From contig OZ296650.1 in assembly GCA_965655095.1 (NCBI GenBank), positions 134,044,001 through 134,108,000 on the forward strand: a stretch of 64,000 bases of DNA. The letters run 5' to 3'. The stretch comes from Haplodiscus bocki (taxonomy: Eukaryota). The notes below the pieces were generated by a model. That model had not been told where the DNA came from, searched no databases, and was given only the letters and a program-made list of their open reading frames with translations. Numbering within the stretch: the first letter of the stretch is position 1; every line of letters starts with the position of its first letter. The position numbers and the translations under genes were made by a program. Shown piece after piece: positions 48,996-61,077 of this stretch.

Positions 48996-51900
48996 ATTAC
49001 AAGGATTTTTTATCGGATCCAAAGTCCAGAGAACAATTGGATTGCCAATTCCGGGCATGTTTTCTCTGCAAATGTTTTTTTTGTTTATGCCTAACGTCTT
49101 TTCCGTCGGCCTTTGATCATTATAAACTGCTGAATCTTTCTGGGATAGGTTGTCGTTGTTTTTTTTGGGAAAAGTGTGTCATACCAAAGTGTCAATTTGC
49201 TTACTTTGTGGAATTACGTTTTTCGCCATTAATTCAGTAAGTGTTACACCCTCAGTGTAGTAAAACTTTGCTACAAGGATGCCACAACGGTGAAGTGCCT
49301 TCAAGTAAATGTATTTTTCTCAAAATAAGTTTTCACCCTGGGCCGTTAACAGTCCCATCTGTTTTCAAGAAAGTTTACAATATTTTCTGTCAACTTTTAG
49401 TAAAATGGCATGATATATAGGCACAGTTTTTTTCTGTGGTTGTTGTATAAAAGCTCAGACTTTATAGCAATTTCACGTGCACTGGAGTGTTGATGTGTTA
49501 ATTCCTCTGCAGGGAAGGTGCTCCGTCGTGCTTTTTTATCATGTTTTTGCAGTTGCCTATGAGTCTGCCTGTGAGGAACATAGGCTATTAGGAGAAAGTT
49601 CGTTCTGTCACTTTTCCCCTCCTTTACGCTTCATTCCGTTTTCCAGTGATTTTCTATGTAGAGTGGACCTAAATCGTTCTGTTTTGCCTGTAGCTGTACG
49701 TAACATGACAGATTCGACGCCTATATGACTCAGTCGGTAGACCAACTGCCAAAAAATTGTGAATTAGTCTGTCAGGTATGAAACACATTCAATACGAAAA
49801 CATTGCTTCACTTAAGAATTGCTTCAATTTCATTTTATGGTAGTCCTTACTACTGGATCTTGTTCTTCGACAATTGCTTCTTTTCGCAAGCAGTCTCAAA
49901 TTTCCCAACTGATTGCTTTCAACAATGCCACAAGAAGTGGACTTTGTTCATGCAGGATGAAAAACGTTAAAAACGGTGTTCCAAAATCTCAGATTGCGTT
50001 TTGTCTGGGCTTTGATTTTACATTTCGTCTTTGCTCTGAAGTGTTTTCGATTTAACAGGCCACTGCATGATGACTACCCTGCAGCGTCAGTGAGTTTTTT
50101 AATGTCAGACATTGGAATAACTTTTGGCCAGTTTGCTTGACCGAGTTTCAGTACACGCATTGACCAAATATACAAAAATGAATGCAGGTGCTGCAGTAAC
50201 ATGCTACCCGTATTCGCTGCGTTTCAGACCCGATGCTTCTATTTCTGCCATTTATTTCGTTTCCTACTAATTTCCTTTGGATTCCGGACACCATCTACTG
50301 CTTCATCCGTCCCGTTGATTCGGACGCTCTTTTCACAAGTTTTTTGGTATTTCGAAGTTTCCATTGTTAATTAGCAAAGGTCATTTGAAAAACTCGAGGC
50401 TTGCCACACGTCAACTACACACATTGCAGTATTTTTGTGTGGTGCTTCTCGCGAGTTTGGAACCCTCTTGGAATTGTTAAAGTACTGTTAATTTGTCCAA
50501 ATCGTCAGAAAAATTTGAGGACCTTTCATTTAATTCCATATATTTGGCCAAATTTCACCTAAGTACAAGTGCATCATCTTGAATGATTTTTGAATCCAAT
50601 CAGCATGCTTCAGGAAACTGTGTTTTGTTATTCCCCAGCTGCAGAACAACACCAGGTTCTTTGGGTTGGTTTATTTTGATTTTTTTTTGGATTCAACTCG
50701 ATGTTTCGATTGTCAGAAAGATTGTCATCATTTTTGAAATTGGTAGCAGGTCGAAAAATAGAGGTGGGGTAAATGCAAAATCCCGGTGTTTTCTTCTTCA
50801 TATCATAATATGATTTTTGGTTAGGATGTAGCAATTTGTACAATACCAATATCTTTGGTGTGTTTCTATAATAAATGCCGATTTTTTAATCCCTACCATA
50901 TTCTATCATTGGGTTGGTTTAGGTAAAAGATCAATTCACCTAAAACGACATCGCCTTTTAAATTTTATTCTGACTGTTTTGCAGCGTTTATTCACAGATC
51001 TCCGTTTATTTTCTTCAGCAGAGCAACTGATGAACAAATTTTTCTCCAAAGTGCTTCTTTTGAAATCTCTTTGCCTGACATTTGTTGATTGTGTTGAATT
51101 TATGTTTTCTCTAGGCTGGTGTCACATAATTGCGTTTCATTACTGGTTTATCAGCCATAATCAATCAATTGGCAAGAGCAAATATGTTGTTTCAATTGAT
51201 GATTCGACTTCCCAACGGAGAAATAGTACTTGAATTTCACGATAGAGTACTGATGACGAATGAATTTTTTGGCTACTTGTTGTTGCAGTCTGTTTCCTTT
51301 TAGTTAAACGATGCCTTTTTCACGTTGCATTTTTCAGAAAAAACGGCAGGCCAGCATGTCCTAACTGCTACTTGTGTTGCGCAGTTTGGTTAGAGTAATC
51401 AAAAAGTTTCATCTAACGACTCCCATATGTTTTATCGGATAACTTCTGTAGTCCGCGGTGTTTTCCATATACCCAAAGACTAATTTTCGATCCTTTTTTT
51501 TTCTTTGTCAATTTTGTTCTTTGGTTCTCAATTTTTGTAGTTTTCTATAAAATAACATTTCCATTACGTTTTTCTGTTGGCGTTCCCTCAACGATAACTG
51601 AATGTACACCTCAATAGGAGCGGAATGATCTCAGATGAAAGTATGCGGAAAATGAATTAGCACCTCAACTGTTTGGATGATTGCACTGCATAACATGAAC
51701 ATTGTTATGCCTCACAACAACTGATGAATCTACTTTTTGCTCGATTAAAATATCCAAATTGTCCTAAAGCCGAAGAAACGAATAGGAGTGTTTCTTGTTT
51801 CATAAAAAAGCCAAGTGGGCATTGTACATAGCTCAAAAATGGGGACTGTTCTCTGACTTTTTGCAGATGTATGAATTTGATCAGGGTTTCGTCAATACTG

Positions 51901-52451
51901 GTTTTGTGTCTCTCTGCAGAAGTTGTGCTGTTATTTGCATGTCTTTTGTGGCTTTTTACGTCAACAAAAACCACTTGTTTGTCTTCTGATTTCCGACATC
52001 TCAAAAGATGTGAAACGAAATTCCAAAATAACTTGTTTGATGAAACATGATTTTTCTCAGCAATGTAAACTACTTAGGTAGTTTTTTTGCGTTGGTTAAG
52101 CCCTTTCATTTTGATTATAACAGTTTTTGCAAAAATAAAGTAACAATCAAGTGGATTTACGCAACCAAAGTTTTCCTGTACAAAGAAATGTTCTTTTTAA
52201 TTTCCAGTTTATCGTGTGTGATTTATTGAGATTTTACTCGTGTACGATGGTGAACATTTTTTAAGTCCTGTTGTTTTTGAAAAAAAAATACCTTTAGCTG
52301 TTTTTTTCTCCAACTAATTGCTGAACACGTTTTTGCATTGACATTTCCTTGGTCTTCACTTTTTTTCCACTAGAACAAGTTGTTATGGGAACATCTGTAG
52401 CTAGATAAAACGATCTGTCTCTTAGAGTAGAAATTCATGAGATCACTGACC

Positions 52452-52489
52452 GCCTTGGTTTTGCTCAGTAGCCCTCACAAAACCAAGGC
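52452..52489. promoter_or_regulatory. 13-12-13 inverted repeat (unit 4)
   Basis: GCCTTGGTTTTGC-tcagtagccctc-ACAAAACCAAGGC, one mismatch. Confidence 0.85.
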
Positions 52490-52776
52490 TGAAAGGATTT
52501 ATGCATTTCGTTCGATATGCTATTTTTTCTCAGTTTTGTTGGGTGTTTGCTCGGATGATTTAATCCCTTCACTGAAGTTGAGTTGCAGTATGAATGTATT
52601 CATAGAGAATTTTTTTCTGTCAGGTATTTTCCCGCTTGTGTATTAGGGAAATAAATTGTTTAAAAAACGTGTTGCGCCAGTTTGAACCACTCGTTTCTTT
52701 TTCAAATAGATATGGAATGACATGATCATGACCTTCTGTTAAATTGTCACTGGCTCCTTATGACAATTTTTGAAAT

Positions 52777-55700
52777 ATGAAGCGGCGACGTTGCATTGCT
52801 TGTGGACAATTTGCTGGTAAGAACCATGAATGTGTCAAAGATATTGAAACAGAACTTCAAGCTGACGAGCCTTTAGGTGTGTTATACAAAATTCCAGACA
52901 CTGCCATATCCGTGTCACCTGCCCGAAGAAAAGATATTTTGCATTCCCTGGCTAATTTGGAGTTGAGTGACTTTCTCTTGAATCACCAAAGTACAATCCC
53001 AAATGATTGCTTCATTTCTTCTTTGCGCCCGGCGAACGTCACTCCAATTCTTGGTGACGGTAATTGCCTTTTTACTGCTTTGGCTGTTGCTCTCGGTCTG
53101 ATGCAGGATTGTGGTGAAAATATACGAAATGTAATTGTTGCAAACATGAACTTGATCAATTTCCCCCCTAATAGCCTGCAAACTGTAATTCACTCGGACG
53201 ATTTTCCCAATCAGCATCGTATTTTGACTTGTGCTTCTGTTGACGAGTACCTCCGTGTTTCGAAAATGGGCGAAAATGGTGTTTTTGGGACTTGCGTAGA
53301 AATTTATACTTTCTGTCAAGTTTTTTCAGTTGACGTTTATTTATACCATGTGCCTTTGAAATCTTGGTTGATATATGAATGTTGTTTGAATACAGACAGG
53401 CGAGGCATTTTCATTCAACAAACTAGGAGTGCAAATCACTTTGAAGTAGTCAATGAGCTCTTTTCGATTAGAATTGATGAAATTGTGTGTCCGCCAAGAA
53501 CTTCAATGGTTAACTCTTCCTTGGAATTCTCTTCGAGGATTTGTGCAGCTGAGACTCAGTTACTGAGAGCTCTTCAGGGTACAGCAGAAGAACCAGCTAC
53601 GAAAAAAACGAAGCTCAGTACTACTGATGCTAACACTTTTGAAACACATTCTCCAATGCCAGAAGTGTCTTCGCCTCACATTAGTGTCACCGCAACTTGC
53701 AACTACAACCCGCCATTCTCCCCTTCTTCGACTGAGGGCAGCAAGAAAATGACGGGAAATCATTCACCAGAATGGATGAACCTTCACAATTCTGCTTCCA
53801 GTGTGTCAGGCACTGATAAAAGCAATAGAGAAACGCATGACAAAAGTTCTGTTCCGGACAATATTGACTACTGCCAAAAATGCATGCGAAAACCAACACT
53901 CCATCATCCATTCAAGCTGGTTAGCAAAAAGAAATCAGAACTGAAGAACAGAATGTTCGGAAATCGACTTCGAGAATCCCTTGTCTATCTATGTAATTTG
54001 TGTTTATGTTATTGCACATTCGAGCGCATTGACTGGAATGAGGCATGGCCTTCTGTGTTTTTCACACTCTTAAGTGATATAAAATTAGCCAGAGAAACAC
54101 AGATAAACATTTTGGCAATATTGCCTGTGGAAATAAGGCAGCAATGGCTGGGATCTATTGGATGTTTTTCATCTAGTGTGCAGCAATATCTGAACAAAAG
54201 CAGAATCCAGGGCAAATGTGCTGTTGATGGAACCCTTCGATTGCGTCGTTTTCAACAACTATTGAGAGGTTTGGAGCAGGAAAGCATCGCACTTGCTTTA
54301 GATGAGGAACCTTACCCCAACGTCAGGTGCCCTTTCGGTTGCTGGTGTTTCATTGAAGAAGTAGGATTCATTGCAGCCAAACACTTTTTGAACCTATTTT
54401 ACCCGGAGTTTACATCTTTTCAAGCTTCTAGCCACTTGCATCTGCGCGGGATGCGATCGGATTTCTTGGTACCTACATTATCACTGCGACGATTCTTAGT
54501 TGCAGCAACATTGAGAGTGGACAAGTCGGAAGGATTGATAGTTCATGCTTGCTCCATGCACTCAAAGGGGTCCTCCGTTCATTACATTCACCCTCCTTCC
54601 CATCCTTCTTTAACACGAACAGCTCTACTCCACGAGGAGCGTTTGAGTGTGGTAGCTCCGACAATTTCCTGGATAACAAACATCAAAGCGAATTTCGCCA
54701 GTCATACATACCAGTTACTGAAAAGTATCGGTTCTTACAGTGGCATAAGTACAGTGCGGTTGAAGCGAAAAACACGTTGGGACATCACTAGCGATATCTT
54801 GTATCAGGCGGAAGGAATTTCTTGCTGTTTCAGAGACGATATTAAAGCTCTGATTCGCCAATGGGTGAGAGACGGCAAAATTGTTGATGATATTTCTTCC
54901 GGAAAGCTTCAGTATCAGCCACAGATGGCAAATGTGACCAGTTGTTTGTTGCATAGCTCTTCGACTGACTTGGAAACTTGCGTTGAGGTTGCCAAAATTG
55001 TGGACAAATGTGAAAAGCAATATTTGAACTACGTTGAAGCTTTAAGTTGTTATTCTTTTGCACAAGGTACTGACGATTTCCGTTGTTCACCCCCTCCACT
55101 GAACAATAACTGCAATAACGTCTTGTGGCTTGTACAAGCTGCAACCTGTTTGTCACCATTGATGTGTCGTTTGTTAGTTAATTCGCCCAAATACCCTGTG
55201 ACACTGAAACCCTTGTTCTGTTTGCTGAGAAATGTTTTCATTTCCCCAACGACAATGCGTAATGCAAACAGTACGATACTTCTGAGGCGATCGGAGGAAT
55301 CCATAAAGAAATTACTACAACAATGTCAAAGTGAAGACGAAGCCTCGACTAGTGCCCAATGTTGTTGCGTCCTCGGTGCGAAATTCCTTGAAATGTGTTG
55401 TGACAGTATTCGCCATATCCCTCTGCTGGAACGCAAAGCCATTACTTGTGCGTCAAATTTGGAGTTTCCTGATGTAACAACTCATGCCATTTTCACTACC
55501 ACGTCCGTCAATAATTTGCGAAACAGAAATGAACCTCCATTGAGCTTCGTTGTCTCAGGCCAGGAATATGAATTGATTGCAATGGGATCAAAAGATGCAG
55601 GACCTAAAAACGAGCCACGTTGGTTGGTTCGGCATGGAAAAGATTTCCAAAGGTTTTGGATCATTGAAAAGAACAGCAAATTCGCGAGGAAAACTGACGG

Positions 55701-58700
55701 CAATCCAACCGAGGCTATTCAGTCAGCCTTTCGTGGTTACTGGACTATTGCAATTTTTGAAAAAACAAGAAATGTTGACTTGGCCGATCTGAAGTGGCAA
55801 TTTTTGAGCAGTTTGACAGGTCAGGGCGTCTTTATATGTCAAAAGCACGATTTACCGCTGACGAGAGATTTTAGGAAAAGTACTTTTCGTTGCAGATGCG
55901 GCCTGTGCTCGTTTTTGCGCTGCCCATACTTTCAATGTCATAGCTGTATATGCAAGAGTTATTTCAAGGAAGGACTGAAGGAGACCAATAAACGTGTCCT
56001 AATAAATGCTGATCCATGCCCAAAGGAAGAGATAATGGAATTGTCTTCTGAATCTGATTCTTCAGTTTCAACTAATCCAAGAAGTGGGCCTAAGAGATTT
56101 TGTAACATGCCATTTTTTGAATCAACAGACCCTGAGGTAGCTGCAGAAACAATCGATTTTGTTACCAGCAGCAATTCCTCACTCATAGATGAACTCTTAC
56201 CCGGCAAAAACGATGATGACTTTATTGATGAGAACTTGAAATACATGGGCAAACTAAAACCTTGTCAAGATAGTAAAGCTCTTTCAGTTCAACGTAGTTG
56301 TAAGGAAGAGAACTTTAAATTACCGTTGCATATCCTTCTGAACTCTCAATGCAATCTTTTGTATCGGCGTAAGGGAAATCCCATCAGTCTAACCTTGAAA
56401 GAGAAACGTTTCGTGGAAAATATTGCTGCTATCTCAACTTCCTCGTTGCCTCTTGTTCAACCGGAAGCGTTGCTTTTCCCGTCAATTTTCTGGTCTCAGT
56501 CAAAAAACGGAAGTTTTCACGGTGCGATACCAGCAGCTCTATACAATTCATCGAAGTACAACAAACAGCTGGGTTTCGCTGGTTTGGAAGATATGCTTCG
56601 CACTCGAATAAAAGATGGGTCACTATTAACTTCTTGTAATGCTGCATATCTGCAGTACGTATTCGACTGTCTCCTGAACACTCAACTTCACAAAACTGAT
56701 GTTCGAATTGTTTTAAATCGCGGCTGGCAGGAAGTGAGTTCTGCTCCGAGTAATTGTAGATTTGTATCAACCGAAACTTTCAAGTTTGACTGTGCTGAAA
56801 GCCGGAAGAATGTGTGCGAACTCGCTGCTCTTATCAGGGAGAAAAATCCAACCTACTTTGTGACATATACTTGCGGGCAATCAACCCATCCCGGTATTAG
56901 AAAAATTTTTGAAGCACTTCATGAACTCTACCCAGAAGATACTACAACAAAGGAAGTGTTGTCAGCTGCAATTCAAGCTGAACTAATGCCAATGCTCAGG
57001 TGCTGGTATCGAGCTTCCCAATATGTCATGGAATGGATAAAGAAATCACCAGAACGTCCATTGGGACCTGTATCTCACATTTGGATGAGATATGAATGGC
57101 AAGAGGAGACTGCAGGGTTTCCACACTTGCATGCAATTTTGTGTACTCCGGAAGATAAATTTTCGAATGATGTCCGATCTCGCATATGCTGCTCAAAAGA
57201 AACGTTCTTAGGTGCCTTGGAAATCAGTTGTCCCACATTAACCAAGGGCGACCGTTTGATGCTTGCCGATTTATTTCAAAAATATCAGGTTCATAATTGT
57301 ACCAAAGGCCGTAAACGATGCCACAAGAAAACAGACAGACTCAATGAGCCTATCTGCCGTGTGCCTAAGTATCCGGCATCGCAATGTTTCTCCTTCAAAG
57401 AGGTGCCCATCAATTTCTCCGCTGAAACGTGGGATTTGCTGCAAGAATTAGGTTTAGCGGACATTGATGAAAATACTTTAACGCCAAAGGCTAAAGCACC
57501 ATTGGTAGGTGGAAAACACCATTATCCAACTGTGAGTAACGAACATTTTTCTCCCACTAATGCGGCTCTGTTTGCTCTTACACAGTCAAGTACAAATGTC
57601 CAAATTTGTGATGACTACATGGCACCACGTTACGTTGCAAAATATGCCGCTGGAATTGAATCTCGAGCAGCGGCAAATATCCTGGCGGGTGAAGCAGAGG
57701 ACAGTGTGAAAGTGTTGACACAGCCGATTGAAAACGAAAAAATAGCTGGCGTTCAAGCTACTATAAACAAGAAACTGCGGGACTATGAAAAACAGAATGC
57801 AATTACAGGGCGGATAGTAAGTATAACAGAGTGCCTCTGGTGGTGCTTACAACTCCCTTACGTTTGCACGAACGTCGATTTCGTACATGTGCCTACAGTT
57901 CCAAAAGAATATCGCTCAGGGATTGTGAAAGAGAAACATAACAACAAATTGAAATTCAGCACAACTTTTGACGAAGCAGTTCGCGTGCGCAGACAAGTTT
58001 TGCAACTTCCGAAATACCGGCAGTTCACAGAAAGTCAGGTACTTTTGCTTGCGGATGTTGAAACCAGCTTCGTTACGCCCGACAAAGTTACCCTTTTCGG
58101 ACTTCGTCCACCCGAATTAAATTTCATTTCAACTTTATCGGTTTATTACAGTTGGTTTGTTCGTTGTAAATCACAAATTGAGAGAGTCAAAAGCAATCAT
58201 GAACTGTTTGTGAAAAAAAATATCCGCAAAACTTGTTGGGTGGATGCCACAGGGTCTGTCATCAAGTTACGTCCAGCTGCTGTAGAGTCATTCATTAACG
58301 TTTGTCGTTTGAAAGGTAGTAATGAGCGGAATGAAAAGCTGAAAAATGAAATGAGAAAAAACGTCGTTCCAGTTCTTCGAAGCGGAAACAATAGCCAATT
58401 TGTTGCTCATTGGAAAAGTTTGTCCGACGAAACGGCTGTTGTTGTGTATAGCAACATTTTACCAAACAATCCCACGAAATTTTTACTGCATCTTTTGTTA
58501 ACTCTGGGAGATTTCATTACAGAAATAGACATTTTAAATGTTCAATCATTCAAAGATGCTTTCGTAGCAGCCAATGTTGTTCCCAGCTGCGTCAATGAGA
58601 TGACGGTAAAAACTGTGACACGTAAGTATTTGTTGGAACAACTACGTTTTACACCCGGATCCTCGAAGTTAATCGAAAAATACCTTTTGATGGCACATGG

Positions 58701-60827
58701 TGTCCTTTCCGAAGCCCTTTTAAGAAACAATCTTTATTTTGCGGCTGCACTACCGCCTGCCCTTGATATAAAAGTCATGGAAGAAAGTGATGAAGCTTTA
58801 ACTCTTCAATTAGTGTTGGAAAAAAGTAAAATGGTGGCTTTTCTTCACACATGTCAAACTCAATTGCCAAATGAACAGACCATGTTAGATTCAACTGTCA
58901 ATGCCCAGTCCCGTGGAAGCCAAAGATACAAAAGAGCCCTGATCAGTGTAAAAATTCGTACCTTGAGCAATGCCGGACTTTAGACAGGCTGATGCTGTCA
59001 ATCGATAAATACAAGCGGCGACTGTGCTTTTTCATAAGACATCAAGTTGTCTTCGGTCCGCCTGGAAGTGGCAAAACTTTTGTGATGCTGAAATCACTTG
59101 CGTTTGCCCTCTGTCAAGGATTACACTGTGTTGTGACCTCTTTAGCGGCTGAGAGATCTGCTGCTCTAGCGGGAAGACATCTAAATGCCTTAATTCCTTT
59201 TCCGGTTGAAAAAAGTTCTTCTGCTGAGTCGCTTGCAAAGACTGCGTTGTCCAACTTACAGCGTTCCCCTGTTAAAACCCGGTTCCTGCAAAATGTTGAT
59301 GTGTTTTTTATTGAAGAAATGTCGATGATCTCAAGCGAAATATGGGCAGCAACTGATCATGTGTTGCAAGTCATAACCTCGAATTATGTTCCTTTCGGTG
59401 GAAAATTGGTCATTGCAACTGGGGATTTCTTTCAACTTCCTCCGCCTTCGGGTTCCTATCTGATGAGCTCGTCATTCCCTCTAACCACCTTCGCCTTCCA
59501 CAACTTGAAGAATTTCGTTAGGATGCAAAACAAAAACGGCCAAGAACTACTGTCTCTAATGTCTTCAGTCCCCAAAACAGATGCCAATGCAAAGCGCATT
59601 TGGGAAATCATTGAAAAAAGTTGCAACTTTGTGGAGTCGTGGTCCGACGTGCCTAGCGATAGTATCAGAATTTTCGCTACACGGCAAGCTGAGCGTAAAG
59701 CAACTGAAAACAAGATAACCGACGTTAAAAACAGTGGAACTCAATATTATGAACACATGGCAGTAGATGAAATGTGTTTGTCTAGCACTGAAAACTGGAC
59801 CGAAGCGTCAACAACGACTTCCAATTTCCTCAACAAGAAATGCCTCGAACCCGGGTCCTTGTTCCTTTACCCAGGGGCCATTCTACGATTAACAGTTAAT
59901 AAGCCATCAATACAAGCTTATCAGGGCCAACTTTGTGTTCTAGTCTCTATGGAAAGCATTGAAAATGGGAGTGTGACAGTTGCTCTAGCTCCAGCTGGTT
60001 GCCGAACTATTCCTCCGCTGTCAGTTATGACAAACACTTGGCGATGTGTTGTTATCAATAAAGAGATCGGCGTGACAATTCGGTTGAACCATAAAACAGT
60101 ATGTCGCAGAATCCAGTTCCCTCTGAAGCTGTTTGTAGCTTCGACCATCCACAAAACCATGGGTGAAACGTTGCCTATGGTGGCCACTCAAATTGTGGGG
60201 TCTAGGGAGTTTAGTTTGTGGCTTCCGGAGCAACTATATGTAGTCATGAGTAGAGTAAGAAATTTAAGCCACGTAACGTTTGTGGGAACAAGAGAAGCTA
60301 ACAAGAAAACGATTCTTGATCTAACGCGTAAGAAATCACAGTGGTCTGAGCTAACGAATGAAATTTTGACAAAAAGTTGCACGAAAGATGCTTCAATTGA
60401 CCTTGCCAAAGCATCCCCTTTTCCGCCTTCAGTGCAAGAGTTGCCGACGCAAGCTTTGGGTTTTTGTTACTTGCTGCAAAGTGTTCCTCAAAAGAACGTA
60501 TTGTATATTGGCTCAACGATGTCCTTGGTTCGTCGTGCTCGAGAGCATAATGCAGGCTTGGGGTCGGCATTCACGAGGGTGCCAACTCGAATGCCGTGGA
60601 TAGTTTGTGCCTATGTTACTGGTTTCGACAGGACGAATGCTGGCCAAAGAATCCGACTTTTTGAAAAAGAATGGCTCGATGCTGCTTCACTTTATGTCAA
60701 TGTCAAGAAGAGCAATGTTTCACTTCCCACAGCCATCTCCTTAGCTGAAAACATTGCTAGAACATGGGCACACAGAGAAGACAATTTGAAAGTTGTAGTG
60801 TGTTCCAACCAATCGAATGCTTTCTAA
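52777..60827 (+). pseudogene. OTU-Rep-Pif1-GIY-YIG polyprotein with one -1 frameshift (real lesion or assembly error)
   Basis: ORFs 52777-58983 and 58992-60827 join if one C is restored near 58905 (aat gcc [c]ca gtc ccg tgg = NAPVPW, compare TPVPW in unit 1). All catalytic motifs intact. Confidence 0.88.
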
Positions 60828-60923
60828 AAAACTCTATCAGAGACTTTGTTGTCAAAATTTTTTTCGATCGTTACTTTGCTTCTCTACGAGTCCAAAATTT
60901 TTTCAATGCACTGACAAACAAAT

Positions 60924-61077
60924 GCTTCGACTGCATAGTGGAGCCCCTCAGGACGTTTCGCTTCTCGAGTATAATGCAGCCGCTTCGACTGCAAAAGTTC
61001 TGGTTTTTTCTGCAGGCTTTACAACAAAATAGCCCCGGATTTCATTTACATTGTGTGCTTCGACTGCATAGTGTTGC
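60924..61077 (+). repeat. Three 21-nt hairpin repeats after polyprotein stop (unit 4)
   Basis: gcttcgactgcatagtggagc (60924), gcttcgactgcaaaag.. (60982, partial), gcttcgactgcatagtgttgc (61057). Confidence 0.8.

Noticed and set aside
2396-60570. Many short antisense or alternative-frame ORFs overlapping the polyproteins
   Set aside because: Shadow ORFs of the conserved sense frame with no independent motifs.
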